A model generated the notes under the pieces. The model was not told the DNA's origin. It was given only the letters and a program-made list of their open reading frames with translations, and ran no database searches. The position numbers were made by a program, and so were the translations under genes. A DNA stretch of 64,000 nt from an uncultured Syntrophobacteraceae bacterium (GTDB lineage: Bacteria > Desulfobacterota > Binatia > UBA9968): NCBI GenBank assembly GCA_964404195.1, contig CAYOJC010000007.1, positions 16,772 to 80,771 on the forward strand, given 5' to 3'. Within the stretch, counting starts at the first letter, position 1, and the number at the start of each line of letters is the position of its first letter. Below, piece after piece: positions 1 through 8,514 of the stretch.

Positions 1-130
1 CAAGGAGCCGAGCGGTTTCCGCTTGCAAATTACCAACGAGGATTCGGCGACCTTCGCCGCGCATGCGAGCGTAAAGGCGGCGTAAAAAAGGCGTGAGGCG
101 GCGACAGAAAAGAATTTTCGATTTGCAATC

Positions 131-168
131 CTTAGGCTTCGCTCAGGACAGGTTTTGGATTTTGGATT
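131..168. repeat. Dispersed intergenic repeat: CCTGTCCTGAGCGAAGCC module plus TCCAAAA heptamer tract (reverse orientation)
   Basis: cttaggcttcgctcaggacaggttttggattttggatt is the reverse complement of the module at 49623-49683. The GAGCGAAGCCGAAGG core also occurs at 32761-32786. Confidence 0.7.
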
Positions 169-183
169 AGATAGCCCCTTTTT

Positions 184-272
184 CCCTCGCCCTTTGGGAG
201 AGGGTTAGGGTGAGGGCCGTTAGGCTTGCAAGCGGCCCCCTCACCTCTATCCTCTCCCCCAAGGGGGCGAGG
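184..272. repeat. G/C-rich palindromic REP-like element (CCCTCNCC...GGGAGAGGG...GGTGAGGG type)
   Basis: Arm 184-216 (ccctcgccctttgggagagggttagggtgaggg) pairs with arm 236-272. A second copy of the same motif lies at 13655-13699. The short ORFs through it (132..365, 167..424) look repeat-derived. Confidence 0.7.
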
Positions 273-290
273 AATGAGCGGAGAAAGGCG

Positions 291-1287
291 ATGAAACGAA
301 AAATAGTTTCTGTGTTGCTGGCAATTCTGTCTCTGAGTTTGCTCCATCCCGCCGAGGCGCAGCAACCGAAGAAAATCCCGCGGATAGGGTATCTATCGTC
401 GCAAGACTCAGCTCGTGAGTCCACCCGTTCCGAGGCAATTCGACTGGCTCTGCGCGCGCTTGGCTACATAGAAGGACAAAACATCGCCACGGAGTACCGA
501 TATACGGAGGGGAAGGTCGATCGGGCGCCTGAGCTTGCGGCGGAGCTGGTGCGTCTCAAGGTTGATATCATCGTGGTAGCCGGAGGGAGCGGGACGATCC
601 GGGCGGCCAAGAACGCGACCAAGACGATTCCCATTGTGATGGGGGGCACTTCCGAACGATCCTGTCGAAGCAGGCCTGGTTGAAAGCCTTGCCCGTCCCG
701 GCGGCAACATCACCGGCATTACAAACCTTACCACAGAACTAGGCGGTAAGCGGCTGGAGCTGCTCAAAGAAGCCGTTACCAAAATGGCCCGTGTCGCGGT
801 TCTCTACGAACCGGCCATTCCGGCCGCTGTACTCGAGGTGAAAGAGGATCTCCCAGTCGCGGTGCGTGCGCTGCGGTTGACTATTCAACCTTGGGAGGTA
901 CGAGCTGCGGACGATATCGACAAGATTTTTGCTGCGATGAGCAAGCAGCGCCCAGATGGACTCTATGTGCCCGTCGGGGGCCCGCTAATGGCTGCTAATG
1001 GAAAACGGATCGCGGACTTTGCGTTAACGAGCCGGTTACCGTCGGTGTACGGCCGCCGAGAAGGTGTAGATGCCGGTGGGCTCATGTACTACGGGGCGGA
1101 TCTCACGGACAGCTACAGGCGCGTCGCATATTTCGTGGACAAGATCCTGAAGGGCGCCAAGCCCGTCAACCTGCCCGTGGAGCAGCCGACGAAATTTGAG
1201 CTGGTGATTAATCTCAAGACAGCGAAGCAGATCGGCGTCACAATTCCTCAGTCGGTGCTGTACCGGGCGGACAAGGTAATCAAATGA
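291..1287 (+). pseudogene. ABC transporter substrate-binding protein (COG2984/ABC_sub_bind-like), frameshifted
   Basis: Two ORFs (210..683 and 784..1287) together align end to end with the paralogs at 2438, 48645 and 51321. The reading frame switches inside a G6 run at 641-646. Removing one G gives IPIVMGALPNDPVEAGLVESLARPGGNITG, which matches the paralogs. Confidence 0.8.
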
Positions 1288-1317
1288 GGCGCTTCCGGGT
1301 TTACCGTGAAAAAGTAA

Positions 1318-1427
1318 TCACCACGAAGGCACGAAGGACACGAAGGTTTCAGATAGGCACTTTTTAGCTTCGTGATATCCGCGTCTCTGCGGTGTGGAAA
1401 TCTTCGGAGATTGCACCGCGGAGACGC
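1318..1427. repeat. Composite intergenic repeat: CACGAAG nonamer tract plus a long hairpin
   Basis: ccacgaaggcacgaaggacacgaagg (1321-1346) belongs to the CTTCGTG/CACGAAG family seen at 32681, 38268 and 47140. A 14-bp stem gcgtctctgcggtg (1381-1394) pairs with caccgcggagacgc (1414-1427) with 1 mismatch. Confidence 0.65.
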
Positions 1428-1657
1428 TGAGGCCGCTGAGAAGATCGAATGAAGATATCATCTTAAACAAAACCTCTGCGAACTCTGTGTCTCCGTGGTG
1501 AATGTTCTTCACACTTAACCCGGAAACGCCATTTTTAGAAGCCTTCCGGCCTGACGCCTCCTCTTGGCCACCGGTTACTTCAGGGATGGTTGCTTTCAAT
1601 CGTCGGCGAAAGATACAATGACGATGATCGAAGTCTACCTGGCAAGAGGATTTCAAG

Positions 1658-1954
1658 ATGGGAAACACACAAGTCCCGCTGGTGATGGAAGAGATCACTG
1701 ACCCTGAAGAGCTTGCCAAAGCGCGGGCGCAACGCGAGCGATTCGATCGTAACACCGCCTGGTTGCAAGTGCATGCGACGGAAGTTTACCGGGGTTATCG
1801 TGGCAAGTGCATCTGTGTTGCCGGCGAAGAACTGTTCGTCGCCGACACGCCTGAACAGGCACTAGCCCTGGCCACAGCGGCCCATCCTGAAGATGATGGC
1901 AGCTTTCTCCGCTACATCCCCCGCGAAAAAATAGACCGCATCTATGCGAATTGA
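1658..1954 (+). CDS. Small DUF5678-like protein
   Basis: 98-aa ORF. The segment YRGKCICVAGEELFVADTPEQAL resembles DUF5678-type small proteins (recalled, not searched). It overlaps the downstream protease gene by 11 nt. Confidence 0.55.
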   Translation: MGNTQVPLVMEEITDPEELAKARAQRERFDRNTAWLQVHATEVYRGYRGKCICVAGEELFVADTPEQALALATAAHPEDDGSFLRYIPREKIDRIYAN

Positions 1955-2381
1955 CGGCGAGTGGCTTCTGTGCGACGACGGCATCCTGCGCCCGGTGATC
2001 CGCGGCGAGATTCTGGCGAGTGACGGTACGTGGCAACGGGCTGAATTCCTGGTCGATACCGGCGCCGACCGCACCGTGTTTAGCGCGCCGGTGTTGGCGT
2101 CGCTCCGTCTCCAGCCCGTCGTAACTCAAGCTCGTCTCGGCGGTGTAGGGGGCGTGGTCAATTCGGTCGTGGTAGAAACCCAGGTTAGGCTCACTCGCGA
2201 GGAGTCTGGCAAAGTCGTGTTGCGAGGACAGTACGCAGCCGTCACCGAGCTACAAGCACTCGACATGAGCGTACTGGGCCGAGACATTGCCGGTTTGTTC
2301 GCAGTGGTTGTCGATCGGCCTGGCAATGTCGTCTGCCTGCTCGGACAACGACATTATTATACCATTGAGCCAAGATCATGA
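1944..2381 (+). CDS. Retropepsin-like (clan AA) aspartic protease
   Basis: FLVDTGADRTVF carries the D-T-G-A active-site motif. VLGRDI near the C-terminus carries the G-R-D motif of retropepsins. At 145 aa it is the size of a single-lobe protease. Confidence 0.7.
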   Translation: MRIDGEWLLCDDGILRPVIRGEILASDGTWQRAEFLVDTGADRTVFSAPVLASLRLQPVVTQARLGGVGGVVNSVVVETQVRLTREESGKVVLRGQYAAVTELQALDMSVLGRDIAGLFAVVVDRPGNVVCLLGQRHYYTIEPRS

Positions 2382-2408
2382 TTTGGGGAGATAAGGTCAT
2401 AAGACGAC

Positions 2409-2528
2409 ATTTTTGATTTTCGATTGCCGATTTTAGATTGGGGGAAAAATACATGAACAAAACATTTCGAATTCGGTTTGGTTTCTCTCGCTCCGACAAT
2501 CGGAAATCTAAAATCCAAAATCGAAAAT
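2409..2528. repeat. Inverted pair of A/T-rich GATTTTN / TCCAAAA-type heptamer tracts
   Basis: The left arm 2409-2440 (atttttgattttcgattgccgattttagattg) is near-complementary to the right arm 2497-2528 (caatcggaaatctaaaatccaaaatcgaaaat). Confidence 0.65.
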
Positions 2529-3502
2529 GGGTGGGGATCTTCGCTATTGCTCTTACATTCGTCTTTGGCGGGGCTGTGGCCACGGCGCAGCAGCCGGCGA
2601 AAGTCTGGAAGATCGGCGTGCTTGTTTCGAGCACGGCGGCATTGAATGCGTCGCGAGACGAACCGCTCCGGCAAGGGCTGCGCGACCTCGGCCACGTCGA
2701 GGGCAAGAACATCGTCTTCGAGTACCGTTACGCGGAGGGTAAACTGGACCGCTTACCGGCTCTTGCCGCCGAGCTGGTCAATATGAAAGTCGACGTGATC
2801 GTCGCCGGCGGCTCCCGGGTGGCCGTGGCCGCGAGGGAGGCGACCAGCACGATTCCGATCGTCGTGTCGGGCGTCGGCAGTCTCGCCGAGGCCGGATTGG
2901 TCCGCACCTTCTCGAATCCGGGAGGGAACGTGACGGGCGTGTCCAGGGTTTCGCCGGATTTCTTCGGCAAGCGGCTCGAGCTTTTGCGAGACACCGTTCC
3001 CAAGGCGTCGCGCGTGGCGGCGCTCGGCAATCCCGATACTCCGGGATACGACGCCAGGTCGAAAGACTTCGACCTCAGCGTGCGCGCGGTGGGGCTGACG
3101 CTGCAGCATTTGTCGGCGCGAAATCCCAATGATTTCGAAAGCGCGTTCGGCACCGCCGCTAAAGGACGCGCGGACGCTTTGGTCGTGATGCCGGACGCGC
3201 TGTTCCACAGCTTTCCGTCACGGATCGTGGAACTGGCGTCAAAGCACAAACTGCCGACGATCTACGATCGAACCGACTTCGTCGAAGCCGGCGGGCTGAT
3301 GAGCTACGGGGTGAGCCTGGCCGATTTATCCCGCCAGTCGGCCTGGTACGTGGATCAGATTCTTAAAGGCAGCAAGCCCGCCGATTTGCCTCTGGTGGAG
3401 CCGATCAAGTCCCAGTTCGTCGTCAATTTGAAAGCCGCCGAGCAGATCGGTCTCACGATACCTTCAAAGGTTCTGGTGAAGGCGGATAAAGTCATCAAGT
3501 GA
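2438..3502 (+). CDS. ABC transporter substrate-binding protein (COG2984/ABC_sub_bind-like)
   Basis: Shared motifs: KIGVL, GKNIVFEYRYAEGKLDRLPALAAELV, KVDVIV, IPIV, NPGGNVTG, LKAAEQIGLTIPSKVLVKADKVIK. The first ~31 codons run through the repeat, so the true start may be the GTG at 2531. Confidence 0.85.
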   Translation: MGEKYMNKTFRIRFGFSRSDNRKSKIQNRKWVGIFAIALTFVFGGAVATAQQPAKVWKIGVLVSSTAALNASRDEPLRQGLRDLGHVEGKNIVFEYRYAEGKLDRLPALAAELVNMKVDVIVAGGSRVAVAAREATSTIPIVVSGVGSLAEAGLVRTFSNPGGNVTGVSRVSPDFFGKRLELLRDTVPKASRVAALGNPDTPGYDARSKDFDLSVRAVGLTLQHLSARNPNDFESAFGTAAKGRADALVVMPDALFHSFPSRIVELASKHKLPTIYDRTDFVEAGGLMSYGVSLADLSRQSAWYVDQILKGSKPADLPLVEPIKSQFVVNLKAAEQIGLTIPSKVLVKADKVIK

Positions 3503-3521
3503 TGGAGAACGGCAGCCGCAA

Positions 3522-3737
3522 ATGGAGAATAAAATACTGCTCGGCTTTGTGCTGTTGGCTTTAGCGATCGCGTTTCACGCGCTGGCCGGCCGCTTCGATA
3601 TCCTCTCGGTCGGCGACGCCGAGGTCGGCGCGATCTATCGTATAGACCGGCTGACCGGCAGGCTATGGATTTGCGCCAACGACCAGTGCCTGCAAGTTCA
3701 GGACATGGACCGGAAGCAGAGCGGCCAGAGAGCCTGA
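3522..3737 (+). CDS. Hypothetical small secreted or membrane protein
   Basis: 71-aa ORF with a hydrophobic N-terminus (ILLGFVLLALAIAFHALAG). I recognise no family. Confidence 0.35.
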   Translation: MENKILLGFVLLALAIAFHALAGRFDILSVGDAEVGAIYRIDRLTGRLWICANDQCLQVQDMDRKQSGQRA

Positions 3738-3920
3738 ACGCCCCCCTTCCCGGGGAATTAATTGCTGCGTTTGCGGTGTCGTCCCTCGTGGAATTCAGGA
3801 GTTTTCCCATTGCTGTAAACCGGCCGCCGATTAGAATGGTTTGGGAACGGCTTTTAACACGGGCCGGCGCGCACTCTCCACGACCTGGTGTAGACATGTG
3901 GGTGTAACCCGAGAGATCTG

Positions 3921-5828
3921 ATGGATCTGAAAAAAAACGTTTGCAGGTCGGTCCTGGTTTTTTCGATCCTTGCCGGTGTTAATAGTCCGCCTGAACTCGT
4001 TGTCGCAGCCGATCGAGCCGTACTGTCGCCACGCCTGGACTCCTCCAAACTCGTCGTCCGAATAGAGCCTGAACGCCAAGAAGTAACCCAAGGAGATCCG
4101 GCGGTTTTTAAAAGCAAAACGGTTGCGGCTCCAGACAGGCGGCTCAATGAGTATTGGAGAGGGCCCGGCGACCAAAGTGGGAAAGGCCGCTCCTTCAGCG
4201 TGAACACCCGTCTACTTAGCCCCGGAGAATACCCAGTCGTTCTTGAGGTAGGCGATAGTCCGGAGGCTAGACCTCAGGCGACGGCTACTTTAGTCGTAAA
4301 GCCGAGGAAAACCAGGACGACTCCTCTACCGGAAGGGCGACCGGAGGTTAGTAGCCCGGCGGAGCCTCCGGTCAAACGAAAGCTGCCAAGAGATGTTGGG
4401 CCGCCTCCTACATCGGATGCAACGCTGGATTCTGGCGGACGGCGGAGACAGCCGGTTAAACCACCGCCATCGGAAAGCCCTAAAGCATCCAAACTCGTCG
4501 CCACGATATATCCCGACCATCGCGATGTGACGCAAGGAGAGTCGGCTGTCTTTGAAAGCAAAACGCGTTCTGCCCCAAACAGCCGGCTCAATGAGTCCTG
4601 GACCGGACCTGGAAGACAGCGCGCGCTGGGTCGTTCCTTCAGCGTCAATACCGATGAACTCAGGCCCGGAAAATATCGCGTGAAACTTGATGTCAGTAAC
4701 AACTTGGAGGAATCAGCTTACGCATTCGCCATTTTAGAGGTAATACCGAAGAAGGTTAGGACGCCTCCCCCATCGGAACCGCCGCCGGTAGTTGGTAGAC
4801 TGCCGGAACCGCCGAGAAGACCGAAGCCGACCATCTCGCGGCTTAGTGCCAGAATAGATCCTGAGTATCAAGAAGTAATACAGGGAGAGCCCGCCTTTTT
4901 TGAAAGTAACACGGTTTCGGATTCAAACAGCCGAATCACTGAGTTTTGGATAGGACCCGGGAAACAGAGAGAGCGGGGTCGCTCCTTCAGCGTGAACACC
5001 GGCGAACTCGAGCCCACGAAGTATCGAGTGATCCTTGACGTTCGGGATGATCGAGAGGGCAAAGATCAGGCGGTGGCCACTTTTGTGGTAAGACCAAAAC
5101 CAAATCCACCGAGGGAAGGGCTGCCATTGGTCCCACCAGGTTCGCCGTCAAATTTAGGCGAACCGCTGGACTCGCCCGTTCAGAATGAGGTCGCGCCGCA
5201 GTCCTCACCGAAGGCCCCGACACGCCCGGTCGAACCACCGGCGCCTACGGTTGAAAAGAAAGTTGCGCGGCCTTCCCCGAAGAAGTCACCGGTGCTACCG
5301 CCTGTAGCCCGGATTGTACCTAGACTGTTGGAAGTTGGAGGGGGAGAAATTGCCATTTTCGACGGCAGTCAATCCCGCGGCTCGATTCAGGAAACATCTT
5401 GGAAGCTGGACCCTTCGGGGGCGCAAGGAAATAACCGGTCATTTGAAATAAATACCGCGCAGTTGAAGCCGGGTTCCTATAACGTGATTCTCGACGTGGT
5501 CGACAATCAGGGTCTCAGAGCCACAGACACTGCTGTTTTGATTCTCAGAACTCCTAAGGGAATCGATTGGGCGCTGATCTTAGAATTCATGGCCGCGGGA
5601 ATTGTAGGAGGAGCTATTGGATGGTGGTTTACGAAGGGCGGAACATTTCCACCAGGAACGGACATTCGAGTTGTCTCAAGCAGTGGCGCGGGCCGCCAGG
5701 AGGTCCAATCCGAGATGGACATCTTTTCGGCGCCGGTGCTTCGGATAAGAAGCCGCTCCGAGACCAGCCTTATGGCGGTCGACTCGGATGCGGTTATCGT
5801 CAAGGAAGTGCGGAGGATTCATGAGTGA
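3921..5828 (+). CDS. Membrane-anchored protein with four PKD/Ig-like repeats and Pro-rich linkers
   Basis: It has a signal peptide. Four ~86-aa repeats lie at about nt 4047-4304, 4491-4751, 4839-5096 and 5301-5558; the first three share QG.(P/S)A.F.S.T......R..E.W.GPG.Q...GRSFSVNT..L.PG.Y.V.L.V, the fourth matches it only loosely. A TM helix ALILEFMAAGIVGGAIGWWF is followed by a ~65-aa tail. Confidence 0.8.
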   Translation: MDLKKNVCRSVLVFSILAGVNSPPELVVAADRAVLSPRLDSSKLVVRIEPERQEVTQGDPAVFKSKTVAAPDRRLNEYWRGPGDQSGKGRSFSVNTRLLSPGEYPVVLEVGDSPEARPQATATLVVKPRKTRTTPLPEGRPEVSSPAEPPVKRKLPRDVGPPPTSDATLDSGGRRRQPVKPPPSESPKASKLVATIYPDHRDVTQGESAVFESKTRSAPNSRLNESWTGPGRQRALGRSFSVNTDELRPGKYRVKLDVSNNLEESAYAFAILEVIPKKVRTPPPSEPPPVVGRLPEPPRRPKPTISRLSARIDPEYQEVIQGEPAFFESNTVSDSNSRITEFWIGPGKQRERGRSFSVNTGELEPTKYRVILDVRDDREGKDQAVATFVVRPKPNPPREGLPLVPPGSPSNLGEPLDSPVQNEVAPQSSPKAPTRPVEPPAPTVEKKVARPSPKKSPVLPPVARIVPRLLEVGGGEIAIFDGSQSRGSIQETSWKLDPSGAQGNNRSFEINTAQLKPGSYNVILDVVDNQGLRATDTAVLILRTPKGIDWALILEFMAAGIVGGAIGWWFTKGGTFPPGTDIRVVSSSGAGRQEVQSEMDIFSAPVLRIRSRSETSLMAVDSDAVIVKEVRRIHE

Positions 5829-6390
5829 TCCCCAGTTGACGCTCAAGAGATTCTTTTTCGATGAAGCTTCAGACGGTCGCCGGGCGATCGAGCAGAGCGG
5901 CGCCGGTCAACAGCTCTCTAAAGCGCTCGACAAAGTGCCGGCGTCATTGCGGGACAAGGCCAGGCAAGAGTTGGACACGAAGCTCGGGGAGGCTCTGGAC
6001 GTGGACCTGGTCCAGGTCCTGCTCGGAGGCTGGAATAAGTACCGGCAGCTACAACAATTTCGTGATCGTGCCAAGTACCCGAAGGACCAAATCTGTTTAC
6101 TCTCTCTCGCCAGCCACAGCATGAAGTCTTCCCACCGTATCACGTTTGAAATCGTGGCTGGGGAGGTCCCGCTGTTCCGGCTCGAGTTCGACGCCGTCGT
6201 GGCGCTGACGCTTGAAGGAATTGTGCTCAAGGTGCGCGACGCGCGGATCCGGGAGATCTCGAACGGGCGCTGCCGGGGCAAAGGGACGCTTCAGTTGAAG
6301 GGCACAGTGATCTTCGAAAAGGAGAGCCCGTACTTCGACCTTCCGGGTCGAATCGATCTCGGCGATGGGATCGAGATACCGGGGTCCTGA
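5821..6390 (+). CDS. Hypothetical protein, translationally coupled to the PKD-repeat protein
   Basis: The ATG at 5821 overlaps the upstream stop codon (ATGAGTGA). The ORF is 189 aa and I recognise no domain. Confidence 0.6.
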   Translation: MSDPQLTLKRFFFDEASDGRRAIEQSGAGQQLSKALDKVPASLRDKARQELDTKLGEALDVDLVQVLLGGWNKYRQLQQFRDRAKYPKDQICLLSLASHSMKSSHRITFEIVAGEVPLFRLEFDAVVALTLEGIVLKVRDARIREISNGRCRGKGTLQLKGTVIFEKESPYFDLPGRIDLGDGIEIPGS

Positions 6391-6430
6391 TTTAATATTC
6401 GATCAAGGTTCCACTACCCTTAAGTCGGGG

Positions 6431-6625
6431 TCAGGAGGCTTTTTTCGAGGGTTGAACGTTCTCCGGCCACCCTCCTCCGCCGTACTCCAGCCCGCGCTCG
6501 TAACCGTCGTGGAAGGACTTTTGACTGTATTCGTTCGGATAATCGGCGATGCCATTGCGCCGCAGGTCTTCGACTGCACGCTTGGCGTCGTTCAAAGTAG
6601 CAAAGATTCCTATGACGGGATTCAT
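6431..6625 (-). CDS. Small hypothetical protein (possible YflT-like stress-protein N-domain)
   Basis: 64-aa ORF. MNPVIGIFATLNDAKRAVEDLRRNGI resembles the general-stress YflT-type N-terminus. This is a weak call. Confidence 0.45.
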   Translation of the reverse strand: MNPVIGIFATLNDAKRAVEDLRRNGIADYPNEYSQKSFHDGYERGLEYGGGGWPENVQPSKKAS

Positions 6626-6707
6626 AAATTTTATTAACAGACGGCGAACCCCGCTCCAATCGGGGAAATCCCGCAGGAAGGTAAAGCGGGCAGGCTAACC
6701 TCCCGAG

Positions 6708-6735
6708 TTGCCGTCGGGCGGCTACCGTGTATAAT
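6708..6735 (+). promoter_or_regulatory. Putative sigma70-type promoter of the usp gene
   Basis: TTGCCG (6708-6713), a 16-nt spacer, then TATAAT (6730-6735). It lies ~45 nt upstream of the 6778 start. Confidence 0.4.
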
Positions 6736-6777
6736 TACCCGACCCGAGCCCGCGCCAACCACGAAAGGAGAATCGCG

Positions 6778-7299
6778 ATGAGGCTGTTGGACTTCAGGAG
6801 AATTCTCTGCCCGGTGGATCTCTCCAGCTCTTCCCTGGAGGCGCTCAAGCTGGCCGTCAAGATGACCCAGGCCAGCGGAGCGACGCTGTATCTGCTGCAC
6901 GTCATCGACAATCCCTTTGACGAACTCTATATGAGTTCGATCGCTCAGGCCGACCCCGCGCTCCTCGGGCTGTATAAAAGCGAGCCCTTGAAGCGCGCTC
7001 GAATCGTGCGCGCGACGGAAGATCACTCCGAGGTGCTGCTCAAACAGTTCTCCAACGAATGGGTCGGCGCGCTGCCTAAAGTGAGATATCGGATCGAGAG
7101 CGGCAATCCTTTCGAAGCCATTCTCGATACCGCGGAAACGACGCGAGCGGACCTCATCGTCCTCGCCACGCACGGCAGGACCGGCATCAAAAGACTCATC
7201 ATCGGAAACGTCGCCGAGAAGGTTGTCCGTCACGCGTCTTGCCCAGTGCTGATCGTATCGCCGCGCGCCGCCAGACGCCGCCGGAGCGGCAAGGCCTAG
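6778..7299 (+). CDS. Universal stress protein (UspA family)
   Basis: Motifs: RILCPVDLS, LYLLHV, ADLIVLATHGRTGIKRLIIGNVAEKVVRHASCPVLIV. An RBS gaaaggag precedes the ATG at 6778. Confidence 0.85.
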   Translation: MRLLDFRRILCPVDLSSSSLEALKLAVKMTQASGATLYLLHVIDNPFDELYMSSIAQADPALLGLYKSEPLKRARIVRATEDHSEVLLKQFSNEWVGALPKVRYRIESGNPFEAILDTAETTRADLIVLATHGRTGIKRLIIGNVAEKVVRHASCPVLIVSPRAARRRRSGKA

Positions 7300-7373
7300 C
7301 GGCCTGGAATCGATTCCCGTTTTCCGATATAGGATAAAAAATAATTCTAGCGTTGCGAAAGGAGGAAGTTGGA

Positions 7374-8111
7374 ATGGCAGAAGCAATAAAAGAGATCGTT
7401 GCTCCTAACGATCCGGCGTTGACCTCGGAGATGGTGCAATTCCCGGGTCCGGCTGGAACGGTAAAAGGCTATCTTTCCCGCCCGAAAGATGGGAGGAGCC
7501 TGGGGACCGTTATTGTGATTCACGAAAATCGCGGGCTCGTCGACCACATCAAAGACGTCGCGCGCCGGTTCGCAAAGGAGGGCTTCGCCGCTTTAGCGGT
7601 GGATTTGATGTCGCGCATCGGGGGAACGGACCAGTTCAAAACTCCCGAGGAGGCGATCGAAGCGATCAAGAAAATCAACGGCAACATGGTCGTGGAAGAT
7701 CTCACGAGCGCCGTCGCCTATTTGAAGAAGCAAAGTTTCGCCAACGGCAGGGTCGGTGTGGTCGGTTACTGTTGGGGAGGAGGGCAGTCGCTTAATTTCG
7801 CCACCAAGTGCAAAGATTTAAACGCAGCGGTGGTTTACTACGGCCGCAACCCGGATCCCCTCGATCAGGTGCAGAATATTCCCTGCGCGGTGCTCGGAAA
7901 TTACGGGGGAGACGACGCCAACATCATGCCCGGAGTGGAGCCCTTAAAGGCGGCGTTGGAGAAGTTCGGCAAAACCGCCGATATCAAAGTCTACCCGGCG
8001 GCCAAGCACGCGTTCAACAACAATACCAACGCGGATCGCTATAATCCGGAAGCGGCGAAAGACGCGTGGCAGAGAACGGCAAGCTTCTTTAAGAAAAATC
8101 TGGCGGCGTAA
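7374..8111 (+). CDS. Dienelactone hydrolase family protein
   Basis: Motifs: VIVIHENRGL, GVVGYCWGG (Cys nucleophile motif), and a C-terminal KHAF. An AGGAGG RBS lies upstream of the ATG at 7374. Confidence 0.85.
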   Translation: MAEAIKEIVAPNDPALTSEMVQFPGPAGTVKGYLSRPKDGRSLGTVIVIHENRGLVDHIKDVARRFAKEGFAALAVDLMSRIGGTDQFKTPEEAIEAIKKINGNMVVEDLTSAVAYLKKQSFANGRVGVVGYCWGGGQSLNFATKCKDLNAAVVYYGRNPDPLDQVQNIPCAVLGNYGGDDANIMPGVEPLKAALEKFGKTADIKVYPAAKHAFNNNTNADRYNPEAAKDAWQRTASFFKKNLAA

Positions 8112-8115
8112 ACAG

Positions 8116-8185
8116 GACTGAGTAATGAGTGCTGAGGACATGTAGGGGCGTGATGAATCACGCCCCTACAAAACAGCACTCAGTC
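8116..8185. repeat. Long palindromic REP-like element between convergent genes (core GTAGGGGCGTGAT-NN-ATCACGCCCCTAC)
   Basis: A perfect 13-bp stem lies at 8142-8169, with outer arms gactgagt/cagcactcagtc. The same core recurs at 12629-12651. It probably acts as a bidirectional terminator. Confidence 0.7.
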
Positions 8186-8509
8186 TTTTTTTTGCAGCTC
8201 CGGACGTTCTCCGACGGCTTTGCGGGCCAACTCCGGATCGATGACGTAAGGTCCCTCGGTAACGTCGCTCCAAATCTGTTTGGTGAGATCCGCATTTCCG
8301 CCCGACAGAACGAACGACAACCCGCCGAAGATCAATCCCAAGCCAACGGATATCGCCTTCATCGGAACGAAAATCGCGTTGCCGGCGGTCAGGCCGACGC
8401 CGACTCCCGCCGTCTCGATGGGATCGGCCGATTTGAGCGATACGGGAGAAAGAATCACGGTCACGACAATGGCGACGATCAGCGGCGCAAGCTTCTTCGA
8501 ATGGCGCAT
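8180..8509 (-). CDS. Hypothetical small membrane protein
   Basis: 109-aa ORF with Gly-rich hydrophobic segments (APLIVAIVVTVIL, GLGLIFGGLSFVL). Confidence 0.5.
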   Translation of the reverse strand: MRHSKKLAPLIVAIVVTVILSPVSLKSADPIETAGVGVGLTAGNAIFVPMKAISVGLGLIFGGLSFVLSGGNADLTKQIWSDVTEGPYVIDPELARKAVGERPELQKKD

Positions 8510-8514
8510 AGCGG

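Noticed and set aside
1-96. A possible 3' end of a plus-strand gene entering the window (frame 1 is open to a TGA at about 94-96).
   Set aside because: It covers only ~31 codons with no recognisable motif, so I cannot support a call.
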